This document shows, piece after piece, positions 28,654 through 36,191 of a stretch of 64,000 nt of DNA. Both the position numbers and the translations under genes were made by a program. The number at the start of each line of letters is the position of its first letter. The first letter of the stretch is position 1. The stretch is from an uncultured Flavobacteriaceae bacterium (GTDB lineage: Bacteria > Bacteroidota > Bacteroidia > Flavobacteriales > Flavobacteriaceae): the NCBI GenBank assembly GCA_963812405.1, contig CAWEUV010000001.1:147940-211939 (forward strand), in the 5' to 3' direction. The notes under the pieces are model-generated. The model searched no databases. It worked only from the letters and a program-made list of their open reading frames with translations, and had not been told where the DNA came from.

Positions 28654-28699
28654 AATTCGTGCATTTGCGGTTGAAATTTTAACCACGCATGCACGAATT
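28654..28699. repeat. REP-like palindrome
   Basis: Perfect 11-bp arms AATTCGTGCAT / ATGCACGAATT with an imperfect inner stem (GCGGTT / AACCAC). Confidence 0.65.
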
Positions 28700-28722
28700 G
28701 TATGGTATTGATTGTTAGTTCT

Positions 28723-29679
28723 TTAGCTTGTTTTTAGTAAGCCTATAATCTGTTCGGCTAATTCGGTTCCGATTCTGTCTTGAGCTTCCAAAGTCGCAGC
28801 ACCAATGTGTGGTGTCATTGAAATTTTCGGATTCATTAAAACCTGAATCGCCGGGGTCGGTTCTTCTTCAAAAACATCTAAGCCTGCAAAAAGCACTTTG
28901 CCCTCGTCTAAAGCATCAATTAAAGCGACTTCATCAATTACACCGCCACGGGCACAATTTACAATTCCCACGCCATCTTTCATCTGGCTGATTTCTTCTT
29001 TACCGATTACATAACCATCCTGAGCCGGAACATGAAGTGTAATGAAATCCGAATGTTTTAAAATATCTTCCATCGGTTCGGTTTCGATGTCTACATTGAT
29101 GAACTGTCCGTTGTAAAAATCTACTTTGATGGTTGCTTCATCCACATATTTGTCGGAAGCAATTACTTTCATTCCCAATCCTAAAGCCATTCTTGCTACT
29201 TCACGACCAATACGACCGAAACCAATGATCCCGATGGTTTTTCCGCGAAGCTCAATACCGTTAGCATAAGCTTTTTTTAGATTATTGAATTGCGAATCAC
29301 CATCCAAAGGCATATTTCTGTTAGCATCGTGTAAAAAACGTGCTCCGGAGAACAAGTGGGCAAAAACCAATTCGGCTACCGATTCTGAGGAAGAAGCCGG
29401 AGTATTGATTACGTGAATTCCTTTTTCTACGGCATATTTTACGTCGATATTGTCCATTCCCACACCACCGCGACCGATGATTTTTAAAGACGGACAATTG
29501 TCGATAATATCCTGGCGTACTTTAGTAGCACTGCGCACCAAAATGACGCTTACTTTGTTGGTATTGATATAATTGGCTACCTGTTCCTGAGCCACTTTGG
29601 TTGTTATGACTTCAAATCCGGCTTTTTCCAATGCAGCTATTCCGCTTTGAGAAAGTCCGTCGTTTGCTAATATTTTCAT
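28723..29679 (-). CDS. serA: D-3-phosphoglycerate dehydrogenase (short form, no ACT domain)
   Basis: LVRSATKV, GRGGVGMDNID, GFGRIG, NCARGG, DVFEEEP, TPHIGAAT; follows serC. Confidence 0.9.
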   Translation of the reverse strand: MKILANDGLSQSGIAALEKAGFEVITTKVAQEQVANYINTNKVSVILVRSATKVRQDIIDNCPSLKIIGRGGVGMDNIDVKYAVEKGIHVINTPASSSESVAELVFAHLFSGARFLHDANRNMPLDGDSQFNNLKKAYANGIELRGKTIGIIGFGRIGREVARMALGLGMKVIASDKYVDEATIKVDFYNGQFINVDIETEPMEDILKHSDFITLHVPAQDGYVIGKEEISQMKDGVGIVNCARGGVIDEVALIDALDEGKVLFAGLDVFEEEPTPAIQVLMNPKISMTPHIGAATLEAQDRIGTELAEQIIGLLKTS

Positions 29680-29701
29680 TTTTTTGTTTTATTAATTTAT
29701 T

Positions 29702-29784
29702 GAGAAAAGGGAATAGGGAGAAGGGAGAAGAAAACATCATTTTTTTACACTTACGACTTATCCCTTTTTCCTTATCGCTTCTTC
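29702..29784. repeat. Opposed purine-rich and pyrimidine-rich 7-nt arrays
   Basis: GAGAAAA GGGAATA GGGAGAA GGGAGAA GAAAACA, then CTTACGA CTTATCC CTTTTTC CTTATCG CTTCTTC. Confidence 0.6.
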
Positions 29785-29787
29785 TAT

Positions 29788-30858
29788 CTAAATACTTTTT
29801 TCCAAATCTTTCATTACGTCTACTAAAACCTGAACGCTTTCTATCGGTAAGGCATTGTACATAGAGGCGCGGTACCCACCAACCGAACGGTGTCCGTTAA
29901 TTCCTGAAATTCCTGCGGCTTTCCACATCGAATCGAATTGTTCTTTGTGCGATTCATCGTTTAAAAGGAAAGTCGCGTTCATGTTCGAACGGTCTTCTTT
30001 TACGGTTGTGCCTTTGAATAACGGGTTTCTGTCGATTTCGTTATAAAGTAACTGCGCTTTGGCTTCGTTCAGTTTTTCGATTGCTGCAATTCCGCCTAAA
30101 TTTTTCAGCCACTGCATGGTTAAAAGGGAAGTATATACTGCGAAAACCGCCGGTGTATTGTACATACTTTCTTTTTCGATGTGTTGTTGATAGTTCATGA
30201 TATTCGGAATCGTTCTTCCGGTTTTGCCAAGAATTTCTTCTTTGACTACGATAAGCGTAACACCTGCAGGACCCATGTTTTTCTGAGCTCCGGCGTAAAT
30301 CAGATCGAATTTTGAAAAATCTAAAGTTCTGGAAAAAATATCCGAACTCATATCGCACACCATCGGAACATTCGTTTCAGGGAAACTTTTCATTTGTGTT
30401 CCGAAAATGGTATTGTTGCTGGTACAGTGAAAATAATCTGCGTCAGACGGGATGCTGTATTCTTTTGGAATATGGTTGTAGTTTTCCGGTTTGGAGGAAG
30501 CTACCACAATGGTTTCACTAAATGCTTTTGCTTCTTTGATCGCTCCGTTTGCCCAAGTACCGGTATCTAGATAAGCTGCTTTTCCGTCTATTTTCATTAG
30601 GTTGTACGGAATTCGCAAAAATTCCATACTGGCACCGCCTTGTAAAAATAATGCCTGATAGCCTTTTCCGGTTAAACCTAAAAGCTCCAAAGCCAATGCT
30701 CTGGCATCTTCCATAACGGCTACGAATGCTTTATCTCGATGGGAAATCTCCAAAATGGACAATCCCATATCATTAAAATTTAAAACGGCCTGTGCTGCTT
30801 TCTCAAAAACTTCCTGAGGTAAAATACACGGGCCGGCGCTGAAATTATGTTTTTTCAT
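29788..30858 (-). CDS. serC: Phosphoserine aminotransferase
   Basis: HNFSAGP, LQGGAS, CDMSSD, AGAQKNMGPAG, NTP, GHRSVGGYRASMYNA. Confidence 0.96.
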   Translation of the reverse strand: MKKHNFSAGPCILPQEVFEKAAQAVLNFNDMGLSILEISHRDKAFVAVMEDARALALELLGLTGKGYQALFLQGGASMEFLRIPYNLMKIDGKAAYLDTGTWANGAIKEAKAFSETIVVASSKPENYNHIPKEYSIPSDADYFHCTSNNTIFGTQMKSFPETNVPMVCDMSSDIFSRTLDFSKFDLIYAGAQKNMGPAGVTLIVVKEEILGKTGRTIPNIMNYQQHIEKESMYNTPAVFAVYTSLLTMQWLKNLGGIAAIEKLNEAKAQLLYNEIDRNPLFKGTTVKEDRSNMNATFLLNDESHKEQFDSMWKAAGISGINGHRSVGGYRASMYNALPIESVQVLVDVMKDLEKSI

Positions 30859-30861
30859 TAC

Positions 30862-31263
30862 TTAATCTTTAAAAACCTGAATTACTACTTCTTTTTCTAC
30901 CAAGTCGGTAAATTTCCCGGTGTAACGGGTTGCTTTTACCAAATGATTATCAATCCAATGGTAGTTTCCGCCACGCGGTTTGCCCACTAAAAGGCTGTGG
31001 AATTTGAAGCCGTGCTTGTTAAGCCATTGTGTGGTAACTTCGCGATGTTCTTCGGTTCTGGAGGTAAAAAAACAAATCTGATGGCCTTCGTCGTACCATT
31101 TGTTGATGGTTTCCAAGGCGTCGGGAAACGGTTCGCAGGTTGCCATTCTCTCGGGTTGTTCGTTGGGAACGTCTTCCGTGATTGTACCGTCAATGTCAAT
31201 GAGGTAATTCTTAATCCCGTCTTTTAAAACCGGACTAATGTTGTCTTTGTGTTCTAATTGCAT
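30862..31263 (-). CDS. Small capless HAD-superfamily phosphatase
   Basis: Motif I DIDGT, motif II FFTSR, Lys in GKP, Asp in WIDN; ends 3 nt before serC. Confidence 0.8.
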   Translation of the reverse strand: MQLEHKDNISPVLKDGIKNYLIDIDGTITEDVPNEQPERMATCEPFPDALETINKWYDEGHQICFFTSRTEEHREVTTQWLNKHGFKFHSLLVGKPRGGNYHWIDNHLVKATRYTGKFTDLVEKEVVIQVFKD

Positions 31264-31363
31264 TATGTTGTGTGTTTAATGCAAGCAAATTTCCAAAAAA
31301 AAAATGACTTCAGCACCAAAAAAATGCGAAAGGGATGATTAATATGGATTTAGGGATTTAAAG

Positions 31364-32422
31364 CTATATTTTTAATAAAAACGAAATCGTATCGACATTA
31401 TCGGCATAATCCCATAATTTCGGTTTTTGCGATGAACCGAACGAAATACTGTCATTAATTAAATTATTGGACACAATACATTGAATTTTTTCTGAATCTT
31501 CTAACAATTTGGTTCTTATGGTTTCCAAATCGTCGTAAAACTCATAGAATACGGATGAAATGGGAGAAGCATAGCTTTCGTCTTCTTTCAGCGTTAAAAA
31601 TTCATTATCCAACAACGGAAACATGCTCATCAGGAAAACCGCTTTGTTGTAATCGTAATTGTTGGCGTATTTTTCATAGTGGATGATATCGCCATATTCG
31701 AAAATCGCTTCAAAAAACAATTTGAAATCGTAGCCTTTCGGAACAAACAACTTTGAAACATTACGACAACCCAATCCGAAATAACGGAAAATATCTTCGC
31801 CTAAACCGATTAAGTCTTCTTTAGATTCCTGTCCGTTTAAAACCGCTACTGAATTTCTGTTTTTGCGGATGATACTTGGTTTGTCTTTAAAATAATATTC
31901 GAAATAACGTGCAGTATTGTTGCTTCCGGTGGCGATTACGGCATCAAAATTTTCCAGTTTACCATCCGCGAAAGTGATGCTTTCTGCGAGTTCTGGTTCC
32001 ACGGCAATGAGATATTCCGCTAAAAATGGTAATAATTTTTGGTCGTTGGAAGACGTTTTAACCATCACGTTATGTCCTGAAATCAACACCGATAAAAAAT
32101 CGTGAAATCCTACCAACGGAATATTTCCGGCAAGAATCAGTCCGATGGTTTTGGGCTGAACTTCTGAAAAATCATAGTTTGATAACCATTGGTTGAGATT
32201 TTCTTCCATTAAGGCTTCCGCCCATGAAGTTATTGAAAAATGAACCTGTTCCGGTGTAAACCAGCCGTTGTGACTTTGTGATAAGGCAATCAAATCTAAA
32301 AACCTGTCGAAAAACAAATCATTATATAAGACACTTTCTTTTTTAGTGGAATTCTCTAATGAAAACTGGCTTAAAAACTGACCTAAAGCAATAAAAGCTG
32401 TTTTTTTCTGATTGAGGTTCAT
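31364..32422 (-). CDS. LuxC-like acyl-CoA reductase family protein
   Basis: LAGNIPLVGFHD, VKTSSND, IATGSNNT, catalytic-type FGLGCRNVSK. Confidence 0.85.
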   Translation of the reverse strand: MNLNQKKTAFIALGQFLSQFSLENSTKKESVLYNDLFFDRFLDLIALSQSHNGWFTPEQVHFSITSWAEALMEENLNQWLSNYDFSEVQPKTIGLILAGNIPLVGFHDFLSVLISGHNVMVKTSSNDQKLLPFLAEYLIAVEPELAESITFADGKLENFDAVIATGSNNTARYFEYYFKDKPSIIRKNRNSVAVLNGQESKEDLIGLGEDIFRYFGLGCRNVSKLFVPKGYDFKLFFEAIFEYGDIIHYEKYANNYDYNKAVFLMSMFPLLDNEFLTLKEDESYASPISSVFYEFYDDLETIRTKLLEDSEKIQCIVSNNLINDSISFGSSQKPKLWDYADNVDTISFLLKI

Positions 32423-32450
32423 ATAATTTGTTTATGAAAGGTTTTGATTG

Positions 32451-32468
32451 TAATTTTGTGCAAATTTA
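32451..32468. promoter_or_regulatory. Overlapping face-to-face -7 boxes for the ferredoxin (+) and acyl-CoA reductase (-) genes
   Basis: TAATTTTG on + (32451-32458) and TAAATTTG on - (32461-32468). Confidence 0.5.
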
Positions 32469-32490
32469 CAGCTAAAAATTAATATACGCT

Positions 32491-32841
32491 ATGGCAATTA
32501 TTATAACAGACGAATGTATTAACTGCGGAGCATGTGAACCGGAGTGTCCGAATACAGCAATATATGAAGGTGCAGACGATTGGCGCTGGAAAGACGGAAC
32601 CCGTTTATCCGGAAAAATTGTGTTACCTGACGGAACTGAAGTAGATGCTGATGCCGCACAAACTCCAATTTCGGATGATATTTATTATATCGTTCCCGGA
32701 AAATGTACGGAATGTAAAGGTTTCCATGAAGAGCCACAATGTGCTGCGGTTTGTCCGGTAGATTGTTGTGTTCCGGATGATAACCATGTGGAATCAGAAG
32801 AAACGTTATTGAACAGACAATCCTTTTTGCATAACGAATAA
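32491..32841 (+). CDS. 2[4Fe-4S] ferredoxin (YfhL/Alvin-type)
   Basis: [12 protein letters not shown] and [18 protein letters not shown]. Confidence 0.92.
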   Translation: MAIIITDECINCGACEPECPNTAIYEGADDWRWKDGTRLSGKIVLPDGTEVDADAAQTPISDDIYYIVPGKCTECKGFHEEPQCAAVCPVDCCVPDDNHVESEETLLNRQSFLHNE

Positions 32842-32874
32842 AAAAAATCCCGAAATCAATTCGGGATTTTTTTT
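32840..32874. terminator. Bidirectional intrinsic terminator
   Basis: AAAAAAAATCCCGAA...TTCGGGATTTTTTT. Confidence 0.8.
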
Positions 32875-32884
32875 ATTCTGATTT

Positions 32885-33421
32885 TTACTTGATTAATTCT
32901 GCTTTTTCTTTCATGATTGAGTCGGTTTTTTCATCATAGCTTTCAATTACCAGATTGCCATCGTTGTCAAAATGCCCCATTGATATTCTGTTTTTTCCTT
33001 TCACTATGAATCCGTTGTTGGAAGTTTCTCTTAAAATGGCCAATTGTTTTTTGGTGGTAGGATTCATTATGGTATATCCAACTTTATCCAAAAGCATCTG
33101 GTATTTTTCTCCTTTATACATATAGTAACCGGAACGGTCTTTGTCTACATAGCGGCTAACTCCGTTAACAGTAACCAGAATATTTTTACTTACATGGGTT
33201 TCCCCCAAAGTCATTTCTTTATTTATTTTTTTTGATTCCGCATCTTTGAGTTCAACATCCTGCACTTCCGTGACGTTTTCTTTTTTTATGATTTTTTTCT
33301 CCCCGTCAGAATCTTTAATGGTTGTAACGGTGGTTTTTACTTCCTGTTGAACATTGGTGTTCTGAGCAAAACAATTTGCTGAAAGCACTATTGCCAATAC
33401 TCCTAAAAATACTTTTTTCAT
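32885..33421 (-). CDS. Exported hypothetical protein
   Basis: Signal peptide MKKVFLGVLAIVLSANCFA; no recognised motif. Confidence 0.7.
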   Translation of the reverse strand: MKKVFLGVLAIVLSANCFAQNTNVQQEVKTTVTTIKDSDGEKKIIKKENVTEVQDVELKDAESKKINKEMTLGETHVSKNILVTVNGVSRYVDKDRSGYYMYKGEKYQMLLDKVGYTIMNPTTKKQLAILRETSNNGFIVKGKNRISMGHFDNDGNLVIESYDEKTDSIMKEKAELIK

Positions 33422-33592
33422 AATGCAATTATTTAAAAATTAGTATGTTACAAATTTACGTTAAATATTTTTCTGTCAATTGCATAATTTTACTTTTAAA
33501 TTATAGGATTAACAGGTTAGGTGTTTTTACCGGAACTTATCTTCTATATAGTTCTTGATTGTTTATCAGTTTTATACTTGCGAATAATAAAC

Positions 33593-33600
33593 TATATTTG
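33593..33600 (+). promoter_or_regulatory. -7 promoter box (TATATTTG) of ychF
   Basis: TATATTTGCAC upstream of ychF. Confidence 0.6.
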
Positions 33601-33671
33601 CACTCCCGAAATTTTGGGAATTAAAGAATAGCGAATTATTGATCGGTAAGCCGATTGTAAACTTATAGAAA

Positions 33672-34766
33672 ATGAAAGCAGGAATTGTAGGATTGCCAAA
33701 CGTAGGTAAATCAACTTTATTCAATTGTTTATCCAATGCGAAAGCGCAAAGTGCTAACTTTCCGTTTTGTACCATCGAGCCGAATATCGGTGTGGTAAAC
33801 GTTCCCGATCCGAGAATCAGCCGTTTGGAAGAATTGGTAAAACCGGAGCGCGTACAAATGGCAACCGTAGATATCGTAGATATTGCCGGATTGGTAAAAG
33901 GAGCGAGTAAAGGAGAAGGTTTGGGAAATCAATTCCTTGGAAACATCAGAGAATGTAATGCTATTATTCACGTTTTGCGTTGTTTTGATAACGATAATAT
34001 CGTGCACGTAGACGGTAATGTAAACCCAATCCGTGATAAGGAAACCATCGATATCGAATTACAGTTGAAAGATCTTGAAACGGTAGACAAACGTTTGGAA
34101 AAAGTAAACCGTGCGGCGAAAACCGGAAACAAAGAAGCCCAGGCTGAAAAAGCGTTGTTAGACAGAATCCGTGAAGCGTTAATGCAAGCGAAATCGGCAA
34201 GAACCGTAATTCCTCAAAATCAGGATGAAATCGATTTGATGGAAGATTTCCAATTGATTACCACAAAACCGGTATTGTATGTTTGTAATGTTGACGAAGC
34301 TTCGGCAGTAAACGGAAACAAATATGTAGATCAGGTTCGTGAAATGGTAAAAGACGAACAAGCCGAAGTAATCGTACTTTCAGTAGGAGCAGAAGCGGAT
34401 ATTACTGAACTGGAAAGCTACGAAGAACGTCAGGTTTTCTTAGAAGATATGGGATTGAAAGAACCAGGTTCAGCAGTATTGATTCGTGCAGCTTACAAAT
34501 TATTAAACCTGCAAACGTATTTTACAGCAGGTGTTAAAGAAGTACGTGCGTGGACTATTAAAATTGGAGACACTGCACCAAAAGCAGCCGGAGTAATCCA
34601 CACTGATTTCGAAAAAGGATTCATCCGTGCGGAAGTGATTGCTTTCGAAGATTTCTCTAATTACGGTTCCGAAGCAAAAGTAAAAGAAGCCGGAAAATTA
34701 AGAGTGGAAGGAAAAGAATATATCGTTAAAGATGGTGATGTGATGCATTTCCGTTTTAACGTTTAG
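33672..34766 (+). CDS. ychF: Redox-regulated ribosome-binding ATPase YchF
   Basis: GLPNVGKST, NFPFCTIEPN, DIAGLVKGAS, TGS-like C-terminal domain. Confidence 0.97.
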   Translation: MKAGIVGLPNVGKSTLFNCLSNAKAQSANFPFCTIEPNIGVVNVPDPRISRLEELVKPERVQMATVDIVDIAGLVKGASKGEGLGNQFLGNIRECNAIIHVLRCFDNDNIVHVDGNVNPIRDKETIDIELQLKDLETVDKRLEKVNRAAKTGNKEAQAEKALLDRIREALMQAKSARTVIPQNQDEIDLMEDFQLITTKPVLYVCNVDEASAVNGNKYVDQVREMVKDEQAEVIVLSVGAEADITELESYEERQVFLEDMGLKEPGSAVLIRAAYKLLNLQTYFTAGVKEVRAWTIKIGDTAPKAAGVIHTDFEKGFIRAEVIAFEDFSNYGSEAKVKEAGKLRVEGKEYIVKDGDVMHFRFNV

Positions 34767-34787
34767 TCATTATTGAAAACACAAGTG

Positions 34788-34816
34788 AAGCGAGACAGAA
34801 ATGTTTCGCTTTTTTT
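34788..34816 (+). terminator. Intrinsic terminator of ychF
   Basis: AAGCGAGACA-GAAA-TGTTTCGCTT followed by a T run. Confidence 0.7.
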
Positions 34817-34849
34817 ATTACTTTTAAAATCAATTAAACAGATATAATC

Positions 34850-35377
34850 ATGAAAATTGTAGCCTTCGGAGCAAGTAACAGCAAAAATTCCATCAACAAA
34901 AAATTGGCAACCTATGTTTCGCATTTGTTCGAAAACGCTGAAGTTGAAGTTTTGGATTTAAATGATTTTGCCATACCGTTGTTCAGTGTTGATCTGGAAA
35001 AAGAAATCGGGCAACCACAGCAAGCTAAAGATTTTCTGGATAAAATTGCTTCCGCCGATATGTTGGTGGTTTCCATGGCCGAAAACAACAGCAATTATAC
35101 CGCAGCTTTTAAAAGTTTATTCGACTGGGCTTCCAGAATAAACGGCAAAGTATTTCAACAAAAACCAATGCTCTTAATGGCAACTTCGCCCGGCGGCAGA
35201 GCAGGTGCTAACGTACTTGAAATCGCTAAAAATGCCTTTCCGCGTTATGGTGCTGATATTAAGGCGACTTTTTCGCTGCCTCTTTTTGATGAAAACTTTG
35301 ATTTGGAGCAACATAAAATCTCAAATCCGGAGTTCGACAATCAAATAAAAGACATTGTAAGAAATTTTAGTTTCTGA
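34850..35377 (+). CDS. NADPH-dependent FMN reductase family flavoprotein
   Basis: FGASNSKNSIN, AENNSNYTAAFK, MATSPGGRAG. Confidence 0.88.
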   Translation: MKIVAFGASNSKNSINKKLATYVSHLFENAEVEVLDLNDFAIPLFSVDLEKEIGQPQQAKDFLDKIASADMLVVSMAENNSNYTAAFKSLFDWASRINGKVFQQKPMLLMATSPGGRAGANVLEIAKNAFPRYGADIKATFSLPLFDENFDLEQHKISNPEFDNQIKDIVRNFSF

Positions 35378-35464
35378 TGCTGCTTTGGCTTGAAAATTGT
35401 AATTAGTTACTAAAGAATTCAGCAAAAATTGAATTCAGTAATAACAATTCAAAAAAGAGTCAAA

Positions 35465-36148
35465 ATGAAAGCAATCAGAAAGAGTTTTAAAGTCCTGTTT
35501 TGGACGGTTTCAGGAATTATCGGTTTCCTTTTAGTGTATTTTATTGCTGTTTTGTTGCTTTCAAGAATAACCGTCAATGCCAATGCTTTTCAGCAACCCA
35601 AAGAAGTTGAAATCTTCCTTTTATCGAACGGTGTGCATACGGATATTGTGGTTCCTTTGCAAAATGAGGTTAAAGATTGGTCAAAATCAGTACGAATCGA
35701 AAATACTAAAGCAAAAGATTTTTCGGCTAAATACGTAGCTTTCGGATGGGGAGACAGAGGATTTTATCTGGAAACGCCAACTTGGGCCGATTTAAAAATG
35801 AGTACCGCTTTAAAAGCAGCTACTGGATTAAGTTCCAGCGCCATTCATACTACTTTTTACAAGAAAATGAAGGAAAATGAATCGTGTAAAAAGATCCTCA
35901 TTTCAAAGGAGAATTACACTAAATTGGTTTCTTATATTGAGGCATCTTTTCAGAATAAAAATGAACGTCTATTACAAATCGCTACCAATTACACTTACGG
36001 AAATAATGATGCTTTTTACGAAGCGAAAGGAAGTTACAGTCTGTTTTATACCTGTAATACCTGGGCAAACAGTGCCTTAAAAGCTGCAAAGCAAAAAGCC
36101 GGTTTGTGGACAGTTTACGATAAAGGAATTTTTTATCATTATCAATAA
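35465..36148 (+). CDS. TIGR02117 (DUF2459) family protein
   Basis: N-terminal TM; SNGVHTDIV, FGWGDRGFY, YTCNTW; ATG at 35465. Confidence 0.8.
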   Translation: MKAIRKSFKVLFWTVSGIIGFLLVYFIAVLLLSRITVNANAFQQPKEVEIFLLSNGVHTDIVVPLQNEVKDWSKSVRIENTKAKDFSAKYVAFGWGDRGFYLETPTWADLKMSTALKAATGLSSSAIHTTFYKKMKENESCKKILISKENYTKLVSYIEASFQNKNERLLQIATNYTYGNNDAFYEAKGSYSLFYTCNTWANSALKAAKQKAGLWTVYDKGIFYHYQ

Positions 36149-36185
36149 AAAAATCCCGTCTTGTTTTAACTGAGACGGGATTTTT
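36147..36185. terminator. Bidirectional intrinsic terminator
   Basis: AAAAAATCCCGTCT...AGACGGGATTTTT. Confidence 0.8.
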
Positions 36186-36191
36186 ATTTGT

